Origin: a virus
IMG/VR virus record: IMGVR_UViG_3300015242_000001
Strand: one strand, 5' to 3'
Length of the DNA: 21,760 bases
Part shown: positions 8,797-16,285 of the stretch, piece by piece
Numbering within the stretch: the first letter of the stretch is position 1
How the letters are laid out: each line of letters opens with the position of its first letter
Made by a program: the position numbers and the translations under genes
The notes under the pieces: generated by a model
The model's database searches: none
Seen by the model: the letters and a program-made list of their open reading frames with translations, nothing else
What the model was told of the DNA's origin: nothing

Positions 8797-9052
8797 AGTG
8801 AATTTATGTAGAATGAAGTAAAAATAAAAATTAGCTGAAACGCAGTGGTAATGGGGTATTCTTGATTTTAATCAATTTATCTTTTATCCTGAATTACATA
8901 TCTCGGACCAACGCCGGTGGAACAAAATTTCATCAAACCACTGTACAGTGCTCAATTCTGAGACGAAGTTATGATTTTTATGTCTTTTTTTATGTCTCCG
9001 TTTAGTTCAGGTCGCTTCGGTTATAAGACAAATATACTATCTTTCTATACTA

Positions 9053-9469
9053 TCATTTCACAAAATACTCGACTCCCAGCGCATACCCTTTCATGCCTAA
9101 GCCGCAGATACTGCCTACGCATTTAGGCGCTATCATGGAAATATGCCGGAAATCTTCCCGTGCATATACGTTGCTGATATGGATCTCCAGCACCGGCGTT
9201 TTGATAGCTGCGATCGCATCCCTGATCGCTACGGATGTATGGGTATAACCTCCGGCGTTCAGCAGGATACCGTCTACGGTAAATCCTTCCTGGTGCAGGT
9301 AATTGATGATCTCCCCCTCCACATTGCTCTGGAAATAGCTGAAGCGTACAGCGGGGTACTGTGCCTGTAGGGTAGCAAAATATGCCTCAAAGGACTCGCT
9401 GCCGTAAATACCGGGCTCCCGCTTGCCCAGCAGATTCAGATTAGGGCCGTTGATGATAACGATGTACAT
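9053..9469 (-). CDS. aroQ: Type II 3-dehydroquinate dehydratase
   Basis: NGPNLNLLGKREPGIYG, QSNVEG, NAGGYTHTSVAIRDA and EIHISNVYAREDFRH motifs. Confidence 0.97.
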   Translation of the reverse strand: MYIVIINGPNLNLLGKREPGIYGSESFEAYFATLQAQYPAVRFSYFQSNVEGEIINYLHQEGFTVDGILLNAGGYTHTSVAIRDAIAAIKTPVLEIHISNVYAREDFRHISMIAPKCVGSICGLGMKGYALGVEYFVK

Positions 9470-9474
9470 AGATA

Positions 9475-10038
9475 TTATTTATTTCCCCATCTGTAAGTAT
9501 GCTGCTCAATTCCTACCAAGTCCAGTACACGGTCTATTACGGTAGCAGCTACCGCCTCCAAGGTGGTTGGCTTGCTGTAGAAGGAGGGAGTGGCTGGACA
9601 GATGATCCCACCAGCTTCTGTAACAGTGAGCATATTGTGCAGGTGTATCAGGTTATAAGGTGTTTCTCTTACCATACAGATCAGCTTTCTGCGCTCTTTC
9701 AGCATTACATCCGCAGCACGGGTGATCAAGTCATTAGAAACGCCAGTAGCAATACGACCCAGGGTGCCCATGGAGCAGGGACAGATGATCATGGTATTGA
9801 ACTGTCCGGACCCGCTGGCAAAAGGTGCATAAAAATCCTGCTGCGTATAGAATTTGAATGGCAGCTCCGTATAACTTTTATCCGTCAGCTCTGTTTCCCA
9901 TACCGTTTTGGCATTCTCCGTCATCACCACAGCCACGGTATCTACCTGGGATACCGCTGCACTCAGTTTGTTCAGCAGTTGTCTGGCATATATGGAACCA
10001 CTAGCGCCTGTAATAGCCACTACTATACGATACTTCAT
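9475..10038 (-). CDS. ubiX: UbiX-family flavin prenyltransferase
   Basis: ITGASGSIY, ASGS, PCSMGTL, RAADVMLKERRKL, RETPY and PSFYSKP motifs. Confidence 0.96.
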   Translation of the reverse strand: MKYRIVVAITGASGSIYARQLLNKLSAAVSQVDTVAVVMTENAKTVWETELTDKSYTELPFKFYTQQDFYAPFASGSGQFNTMIICPCSMGTLGRIATGVSNDLITRAADVMLKERRKLICMVRETPYNLIHLHNMLTVTEAGGIICPATPSFYSKPTTLEAVAATVIDRVLDLVGIEQHTYRWGNK

Positions 10039-10044
10039 ACCTTA

Positions 10045-10052
10045 CAAAAATA
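10045..10052 (-). promoter_or_regulatory. -7 element TATTTTTG of ubiX-aroQ
   Basis: Exact TAnnTTTG, 6 nt before the ubiX ATG. Confidence 0.65.
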
Positions 10053-10054
10053 AA

Positions 10055-10080
10055 TAAACCGGATCATATAACCCGGTTTA
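10055..10080 (-). terminator. Hairpin TAAACCGG-N10-CCGGTTTA, terminator-like on the minus strand
   Basis: 8-bp perfect inverted repeat followed by a T-rich tract. Confidence 0.5.
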
Positions 10081-10117
10081 AAAAATTCCCTACCTTAGTA
10101 GTCTAACATATTATAAA

Positions 10118-10558
10118 ATGAAACCATTCATTCTCTCCCTTATTATGGTTCTATTGTGCCAATTGGGATTTTCCCAGTATTTATTAGGGTTAAACGAAGA
10201 GGAAGTTAAAGAACAAGCCAAAAGATTAGGAAAAGATGATAACATAATATTCGATAAGGTTTATAAAGATAAAAAGTACTTCAGTTTAACTTGGCAGGAT
10301 AATCTCCTTGAATGTAAAGTAATTGTAATGTTTAACGTCTATACAGAAAAATCTGTCACAACCGTCCTAATTCCTGTTGACCAAATCGTTTTCAAAACCC
10401 TTGTTAAAAGATTTGATGAAGATTATGTTAGATTATCCAATACGACCTGGAGGGCTAGATTTGAAGATCGCACAATTGATATTTCCAGCATGTGGGCTAC
10501 TATGTACTCTAAGTATGTTATAAACTTTAAGGAAATAAAGCCTGAAGATGATAATTAA
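10118..10558 (+). CDS. Secreted/periplasmic protein with predicted signal peptide (moron-like)
   Basis: MKPFILSLIMVLLCQLGFS|Q N-terminus; lone + strand gene; promoter-like TACCTTAG at 10091. Confidence 0.75.
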   Translation: MKPFILSLIMVLLCQLGFSQYLLGLNEEEVKEQAKRLGKDDNIIFDKVYKDKKYFSLTWQDNLLECKVIVMFNVYTEKSVTTVLIPVDQIVFKTLVKRFDEDYVRLSNTTWRARFEDRTIDISSMWATMYSKYVINFKEIKPEDDN

Positions 10559-10782
10559 TTTTCGGTTTCATATATTACGGTAGTATTATAATACTTTGCA
10601 ATACGTTCTACTTCTTTCGCAAATTCTTTTGATCTTACGGTTTTTGAATGCACTAGATCAAACCCGCCATGTTCGGTGGTTGCCCATACACAAATTGCTC
10701 CCAAAGTGGTATCTTTATTATCATACAAATCTGTTGATAAAAAATACTTTTTAGAGTCTCTGTTTAGTTGTTCCTCTTTCAT
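10555..10782 (-). CDS. Hypothetical phage protein
   Basis: ORF track; TAATG coupling. Confidence 0.7.
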   Translation of the reverse strand: MKEEQLNRDSKKYFLSTDLYDNKDTTLGAICVWATTEHGGFDLVHSKTVRSKEFAKEVERIAKYYNTTVIYETEN

Positions 10783-11000
10783 TAGTTATTAAAGTTTTTG
10801 AACCATTTCAATACTCCCTTTAAAATATTGTTTGTCTCATTCCCATCTTCCCGAAGAATTAAAGGTGAGGAAGTAATCACATCTTCATTATTTACATTCG
10901 GTAAATGTGTGCTGTATTTACCACAAGTATGTATGAATGCTTTCCTTGACTTAACTCCAGCTTCATTATATCTACAGGCAATACAACTATTTTTCCTCAT
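10782..11000 (-). CDS. Small CxxC...HxC protein
   Basis: ORF track; TAATG coupling. Confidence 0.65.
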   Translation of the reverse strand: MRKNSCIACRYNEAGVKSRKAFIHTCGKYSTHLPNVNNEDVITSSPLILREDGNETNNILKGVLKWFKNFNN

Positions 11001-11272
11001 TACAACTTATGTATTAATTGAAACAATTTACCTTTAATAGTTTCAGCTTCACTTGCATCAAAGATTGACTTATATTTACTCCCGTCTGAAAAAGGAGCGG
11101 TATTTTCATCTACTGTAGTCTCAGCCAATAGATGTCTCAGGATATCGATCTTATCAATTAATATCCTCTCTCTATCTATTTTAACTTTCTCTTCTATTTC
11201 TTCCAATTCCTTTTTCTTTAGCTCCAGGTTTAAAGAGCGTAAAGTAGTAGTTGGAGTTTTAGGCTTTGTCAT
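11000..11272 (-). CDS. Hypothetical coiled-coil protein
   Basis: ORF track; ATG at 11272 preferred. Confidence 0.7.
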   Translation of the reverse strand: MTKPKTPTTTLRSLNLELKKKELEEIEEKVKIDRERILIDKIDILRHLLAETTVDENTAPFSDGSKYKSIFDASEAETIKGKLFQLIHKL

Positions 11273-11274
11273 AA

Positions 11275-11442
11275 TTAAACAATTACACACCCTTTACCAG
11301 GATGAGTAGTTACGTGATACTCTGTACAGGAAGTACACCAATAAATACCTATCTGTCTATTTTTGAATTTCTTATTACTACGTAAAGCATCAGCATGTTT
11401 AGATGCTCCATATGTGGTTTTATGTTTTATTTTATTACACAT
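11275..11442 (-). CDS. Small Zn-finger-like protein, 55 aa (MCNKIKH...YWCTSCTEYHVT)
   Basis: Manual translation; C..K..H...YxCxxCxxYH pattern. Confidence 0.7.
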   Translation of the reverse strand: MCNKIKHKTTYGASKHADALRSNKKFKNRQIGIYWCTSCTEYHVTTHPGKGCVIV

Positions 11443-11659
11443 CTCTTGATACAATTAAACAATGATTACCTGCTATCTTTGTAGGGAACCCTATATATTT
11501 CTTGGGAATATAAAATCTAATGTATCCACAAAATTCTACAAATCCTGTATTACCACTATAAGGAACAAATAATACTTTATTTCCACCAATAGTTTTAATA
11601 ATAGAATTATATCCACGATTATCAAATAATTCTTTTTTCATTTTAGTTAGTGGATGCAT
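11435..11659 (-). CDS. Hypothetical phage protein
   Basis: ORF track. Confidence 0.6.
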   Translation of the reverse strand: MHPLTKMKKELFDNRGYNSIIKTIGGNKVLFVPYSGNTGFVEFCGYIRFYIPKKYIGFPTKIAGNHCLIVSRDV

Positions 11660-11660
11660 A

Positions 11661-12080
11661 TTATTTTATTTCAAGCCATTTACACAAAGTTCTAAATTCG
11701 TTTATTGAGGGAATTTTTCCATCAAATATCTTCCTCCAATCAAATCTTCCCGATCCATCTCTGATATGATTCTTCCTGTAAATTTTAGTATTTTGATTAA
11801 GTTCCCAGTATTCCAATTTGTACAATTCAAATAAATAGTCTTGTCTAGTAAAAGTACCTCCCTCATGAACCCATCCTTCAGCTTCTATTTGTTCTTTAGT
11901 GAGATAAGGAACACGCACATTACCCAATTCTAAATATTCATAGATATTATTTTCTTCACACTTCCAATTCTCATCTATTACAACATCCCACATCCATTGT
12001 GCATTTTCAATGATTTGCACATGACATTCATAACCAACCCTAATATCTTCTTTAGATGGTATAAAATATTTATTTTCCAT
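11661..12080 (-). CDS. Hypothetical phage protein, paralogue of 16278-16730
   Basis: Three shared motif blocks. Confidence 0.8.
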   Translation of the reverse strand: MENKYFIPSKEDIRVGYECHVQIIENAQWMWDVVIDENWKCEENNIYEYLELGNVRVPYLTKEQIEAEGWVHEGGTFTRQDYLFELYKLEYWELNQNTKIYRKNHIRDGSGRFDWRKIFDGKIPSINEFRTLCKWLEIK

Positions 12081-12265
12081 TCAATCTCATTATTAAGTTA
12101 GATAAGTCTTTAAATTCTTCATAAGTCATTTCTATATTTTGTTGAAGTTCAGCTTCCTTACTGTACTTAGAAAGTGAAATCACACCCATTCTTCTAAATG
12201 GGTTATGTCCCAAGTTGAATTAGGAGACTCAGTATTTAATATAGTATCCCACCAATTATTTTCCA

Positions 12266-12442
12266 TTACCTTGCTTCATCTATTTTTTTAACAAATAAAA
12301 ATGCTAACGGTAGAATCGCTAATACACATATTGCAAATTTCTCAAAGTTGTCCATAGGTCCCATTTGTGAAGCACAGAGCGCACTAAAAATGAATATCCA
12401 TATAAACAATAGGATAATATAAAATAATTGTTTGTTATTCAT
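12266..12442 (-). CDS. Small two-TM membrane protein, 58 aa (MNNKQLFYIILLFIW...)
   Basis: Manual translation; two hydrophobic helices; overlaps the upstream stop. Confidence 0.65.
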   Translation of the reverse strand: MNNKQLFYIILLFIWIFIFSALCASQMGPMDNFEKFAICVLAILPLAFLFVKKIDEAR

Positions 12443-12689
12443 GTTCTTTATATTTTTTTCTCGGTACGATGTCTTTTCCTTGAGTAGCTCTCCTTAAACA
12501 TATTGAACATAATCCACCTTTACTAATATTACCTCTCCATATAGAGTAACCCGTACCGTTATCTCTATTCCATCCTCTTTTACACATAGGTCCATCCGGT
12601 TTATCATAATCTCCTTTATAAAGATGGGTTACTTTATGATCATCACTGTGGTCCCTTGATTGCCCGGTTATATATCCATCTGGTATCAT
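12435..12689 (-). CDS. Small His/Cys metal-binding-like protein
   Basis: H...PMC...LCSIC pattern. Confidence 0.7.
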   Translation of the reverse strand: MIPDGYITGQSRDHSDDHKVTHLYKGDYDKPDGPMCKRGWNRDNGTGYSIWRGNISKGGLCSICLRRATQGKDIVPRKKYKEHE

Positions 12690-13171
12690 ACTTCTGTTCT
12701 TGGTTTAGTGTAATCTATTATGAACTGATAGTCTTCTATGGTCAAATCCCCATGATCCATATAACCTCCCAATTCCTGCTTAGTTACAGTTCCATGTAAA
12801 TACCCTTCTGCTAAAGTGAATAACCAATCATTAGCTGGTTTACGCTTTAAATGAAATTCTGTAGGAGTAACTGCCTCATGAGAGGGAAATCTTATAGGTT
12901 CCAATAGGCAATCTTCAATATCTTCATCTAAAATAGGGATAGTATCGAACCCTCCTACTATTGTACATAAATCGTTGAAAAGAATACTCTCAATTCTCCT
13001 GAGCCTTAATTGCAATTCTTTACAATAATTGAAAAGATTTTCTATAACTATATCTTTATCCGGTTCTCCAGACCAACCTAATGGAACACTGGGTCCATGG
13101 TCCCGATGAGCAATTTTCTTACTGTACTCTTTTTCTATATTCTCTAAATATTTATTAGATTCCGTTTGCAT
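12686..13171 (-). CDS. Hypothetical phage protein
   Basis: ORF track; ATGA overlap. Confidence 0.75.
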   Translation of the reverse strand: MQTESNKYLENIEKEYSKKIAHRDHGPSVPLGWSGEPDKDIVIENLFNYCKELQLRLRRIESILFNDLCTIVGGFDTIPILDEDIEDCLLEPIRFPSHEAVTPTEFHLKRKPANDWLFTLAEGYLHGTVTKQELGGYMDHGDLTIEDYQFIIDYTKPRTEV

Positions 13172-13176
13172 ATTAT

Positions 13177-13983
13177 TTATTTTAAAATTGAATCATCTCC
13201 TTCCAATCCCCATTTGGTTACTATCAAAAATCCATCTTTTACATAATGAAGTACTATAGGATCTGGGATTTCTTTATAGGTAAATACACCTTTCTTTTTT
13301 TGCCCTTCCATATTCATGTCAGACTCAGGAGCGCAAATGAAAAAAGGTATTGCAGTGGTATATCCATCGTTCATATATCTCGATGGCAGATTTTCGTAAA
13401 TCCACTCCCCACTCATTTGCGCAAGTCTCTGTTCATGCCTCTGATGTTCAGCATAACTTATTATGTTTGCTCCCCCATCTGCCAATAACACTATACTAAC
13501 ATCTAAGCTAAAAGATGTGGAATAGTTCCACATTGAATACCTATCTTCATCGTTTACTTGGAAACTCTCTATTTCCTTCAAATTCTTTAAAGGAATATCT
13601 CCCTTATAATGGTTAGAGGGACCACAAAGAAGGTTATACTTAGTACAGATTTCAATTACTTGCTCTCTAAATATAAATTTATACTGGGGATACTTGTTTT
13701 TATACTTTTTAACAATATTAGCCTTTCTGTCAGCGGATACTTCTTCACGCATTCTTTCAGAATATTTTGCTGAAACCTTAGTTCCTTGAAATCCATGTTT
13801 CTGCATTAACAAGGCTTTCTCTTTCTCCAGTTCGTTAACACCATCTTCACTAAGTATTCTCCTAGCCTCTGCTAATGCCCTATCTGCTGCTGTATCAAAT
13901 TCATTGTGAATAGCAGCTATTGTTTCAGCAGCAGTTGCTTGTGAAACGATTTCTTTTACTTTATTGAATATTTTAAATTTCAT
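13177..13983 (-). CDS. Hypothetical phage protein, 268 aa, ending DPIVL...GFLIVTKWG
   Basis: Long ORF within the block. Confidence 0.85.
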   Translation of the reverse strand: MKFKIFNKVKEIVSQATAAETIAAIHNEFDTAADRALAEARRILSEDGVNELEKEKALLMQKHGFQGTKVSAKYSERMREEVSADRKANIVKKYKNKYPQYKFIFREQVIEICTKYNLLCGPSNHYKGDIPLKNLKEIESFQVNDEDRYSMWNYSTSFSLDVSIVLLADGGANIISYAEHQRHEQRLAQMSGEWIYENLPSRYMNDGYTTAIPFFICAPESDMNMEGQKKKGVFTYKEIPDPIVLHYVKDGFLIVTKWGLEGDDSILK

Positions 13984-13984
13984 T

Positions 13985-14242
13985 TTATTTATTTAATTTT
14001 CTAATTACCAATTCTCCTTCTACAGCATTTGGCTCATGCTTTACAAGTAACGTACCTTTGCGAGATGTATCAACTTCTTTATACCCGTTATCTAAATAAT
14101 CTTTTTTACAAGCAAGCATAAAAGCATTAAATTCTTTCTCTGTCATATCAATTTCAAGATCTACAGGGCCAGTTAGATCATTATCTGTTATATATTTGGC
14201 TGCTTTTTCTTCAATTATTTCCAAGATTGATTTATCACTCAT
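13985..14242 (-). CDS. Hypothetical phage protein
   Basis: ORF track (14266); ATG at 14242 fits coupling better. Confidence 0.7.
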   Translation of the reverse strand: MSDKSILEIIEEKAAKYITDNDLTGPVDLEIDMTEKEFNAFMLACKKDYLDNGYKEVDTSRKGTLLVKHEPNAVEGELVIRKLNK

Positions 14243-14474
14243 AATAATACTGTTGCTTAACTTCATGCATGATTGGTTCTTTCACTTTTCTTAGTTCATT
14301 CCATTCCCATCCATCCTGAAAGTAGGATTGTCCTTTTAAATAGGCTTTAAGGTGCTTATTTTCAAACTTCCTATCCTTATCAGGAATTAAATTGCCTTCG
14401 TTATCCCACTTAGAGGTAATTACCACCCCTAAGAATCTCCTTCGTAATTTTTGTTTTGATCTACTTTGAGTCAT
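14235..14474 (-). CDS. Small basic phage protein (KHLKAYLKG motif)
   Basis: ORF track; overlapping neighbours. Confidence 0.75.
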   Translation of the reverse strand: MTQSRSKQKLRRRFLGVVITSKWDNEGNLIPDKDRKFENKHLKAYLKGQSYFQDGWEWNELRKVKEPIMHEVKQQYYYE

Positions 14475-14772
14475 AGTTATATTCTTCAGCTTCCGTATAT
14501 AGGTTAAGTATCTCTCTATCTGTTTTCCAAGATTTCTTTTCTTTCTTTGTATGTTTCATTCCTAATTTGTGCATTTGAAGACTCACTTCCTGTTCAATAT
14601 GCCAAACTGGATTAGTAGAAGTAAAAGCACTTGCTATGTCAGGATTTCTCAATTTGTAGTGATTACAAATCTGGTTATGTACTCCTAAGAAAAGGAACTT
14701 TAAATCATTGGGACTACATAATAGAAATTCTTTCTCCCAACTTTTTGGGATGTATTTTTTCTTTGTTTTCAT
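14461..14772 (-). CDS. Hypothetical phage protein
   Basis: ORF track. Confidence 0.7.
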   Translation of the reverse strand: MKTKKKYIPKSWEKEFLLCSPNDLKFLFLGVHNQICNHYKLRNPDIASAFTSTNPVWHIEQEVSLQMHKLGMKHTKKEKKSWKTDREILNLYTEAEEYNYDSK

Positions 14773-15014
14773 TAAACATTAGCAATTTCTTCTTTAACTT
14801 TTTTTGTCTTGCTGTGAGATGCTGGGGTTTTGAGACCTTGTGTATTAATAGTCTCTGTGATTAGTGTCTTTATAACTCTTTCTGCAAATTCATTACTTGT
14901 TCCTGTGGAAACTTCAAAGTGGACATTTAATCCAAATTTTACTAAGTCATTCACACTCATTAAAATAAAGTCTTTGTCATTTGAATTAGGATAAAGTTTA
15001 CGTTTGATTTTCAT
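14772..15014 (-). CDS. Hypothetical phage protein
   Basis: ORF track. Confidence 0.7.
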   Translation of the reverse strand: MKIKRKLYPNSNDKDFILMSVNDLVKFGLNVHFEVSTGTSNEFAERVIKTLITETINTQGLKTPASHSKTKKVKEEIANV

Positions 15015-15202
15015 TTTTTCTTGTTTTTATATTTAGGTTTCTTTTTCTTGGGTTGTAAATAAATATAATCCTTCCCCAGTATAGCTCTCAACTCCTCTAT
15101 TGTAATAATATCTATTGTCTGTAGGCGTTTCAGCTCCCACATTGTTATAAACCCTTTCTGGTACTTCCTTTTATAGTGTCTTACATAGAGAAAATCTGTC
15201 AT
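15011..15202 (-). CDS. Small Lys-rich protein
   Basis: First ORF after the promoter at 15221-15228. Confidence 0.6.
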   Translation of the reverse strand: MTDFLYVRHYKRKYQKGFITMWELKRLQTIDIITIEELRAILGKDYIYLQPKKKKPKYKNKKK

Positions 15203-15220
15203 TGGATTAATTATTCATTA

Positions 15221-15300
15221 CAAAGATAATACTATTTTCTTGATTTCTAATAATATTTATTAGTTTTATTTGGAAATCTCAATTGTTTGTCATACATTTG
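15221..15300. promoter_or_regulatory. Divergent promoters: TATCTTTG (minus, 15221-15228) and TTTG-N20-TACATTTG (plus, 15269-15300)
   Basis: Exact Bacteroidota consensus matches at the strand switch. Confidence 0.7.
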
Positions 15301-15304
15301 TCAT

Positions 15305-15680
15305 GTAAAAGAAAATCTTCCCCCACTTCACGCCCTCTGTTAGCTGGGAGCAATTCCAGGGTTGATGAGGATTCGTAGTAAAGTCGAGTGTGCGGAGATA
15401 CCTTAAAGCGATTTAAGGTTCATAAATATCAATTGGGTGCTGTATCCGCGTCGCAATGTTCGGAAACCAACTACAGCCTTAGAATTACCTCAGCCGTCCC
15501 TAGTGGATTGTAGAATAAGGGAGAGAAACCGTATTCGTTGGGGGAAGGTGCCTTTAAAGTTTTTTATGATAATTTTACCTAAACTCTTTTTTAGCGGGTG
15601 GAGCACACCTTCTAACCGAAGGTACGTCTACTTAGTACTTAAGTATCCACGCCTCCGGCTGTATGTGAATATCTGAATAG
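15305..15680 (+). ncRNA. Candidate large structured ncRNA or leader RNA
   Basis: Own promoter; closing helix CTTCCCCCA(15317)/TGGGGGAAG(15539); CTGGGA-GCAA-TTCCAG and ACCTTAAA-GCGA-TTTAAGGT hairpins; nested helices; 3' three-way junction at 15598-15650. Confidence 0.65.
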
Positions 15681-15723
15681 ATATATTATACTAGAACGAT
15701 TTTACAGAAACATAGTAACTGTT

Positions 15724-16110
15724 ATGTACATAGATAAAAAGAACACAAATACTACTTTAGTTGAAGATTACTTAGAACTGCATAAGGAATGCACTGATAT
15801 AACAAAAAACTATTACAATTATGTTGTAAAAACACAAGCTACTCAGAAATTAGGAGTGTATTTACCAAAACTATCCACTATTGAAACATACGATGAACTT
15901 ATCAAATATGTAGAGGAAATGTATGTACATGGTATGATATTAGGAGATGAGTTTGTGATGAAACCAACAGATGAACAAAGAATTAAAATAGAAAATTCCA
16001 TACCTAAAAATAGATTTTTTCCTGAAGGTATTATGCATATGTGGAATATTGTTGATCATAAATTGAAAATTATATACGCTTCATTTGGTGTTAAAATAAT
16101 TATAAAATGA
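15724..16110 (+). CDS. Hypothetical phage protein
   Basis: ORF track. Confidence 0.7.
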   Translation: MYIDKKNTNTTLVEDYLELHKECTDITKNYYNYVVKTQATQKLGVYLPKLSTIETYDELIKYVEEMYVHGMILGDEFVMKPTDEQRIKIENSIPKNRFFPEGIMHMWNIVDHKLKIIYASFGVKIIIK

Positions 16111-16117
16111 AATATCT

Positions 16118-16285
16118 ATGTGTCTATTAGAAACCCATTGGGAGCAATATGAACAACTAAGTAAAGAAATGGGAATATCGTTTGTAGATGACTCACCTAA
16201 ACCGGAAGTAAAACCGTTACTGCTAACCCGCTACACATTAGACAATATGGATTCAGCATGGAATAAATTATTAGAGAATGATTGA
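16118..16285 (+). CDS. Small hypothetical protein, 55 aa (MCLLETHWEQYEQ...)
   Basis: Manual translation; fills the gap. Confidence 0.5.
   Translation: MCLLETHWEQYEQLSKEMGISFVDDSPKPEVKPLLLTRYTLDNMDSAWNKLLEND

Larger units (their letters stand above)
8737..8997. other. Candidate intact attP
   Basis: Non-coding region next to int; TATGTCT repeats on both sides of a GC-rich island (8894-8929) and the palindrome CACTGTACAGTG (8939-8950). Confidence 0.6.

Noticed and set aside
1307-8852. Similar GCTGAAA-CGCA motifs at 1307 and 8834
   Set aside because: Too short and degenerate to call attL/attR or a shared site
15361-15390. TTGATGAG resembling a hammerhead core
   Set aside because: Not CTGANGA, and no GAAA after a stem II
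15437-15676. 79-aa ORF in the track
   Set aside because: GTG start in mid-structure and atypical Arg/Pro-rich composition; better explained as a shadow of the structured RNA
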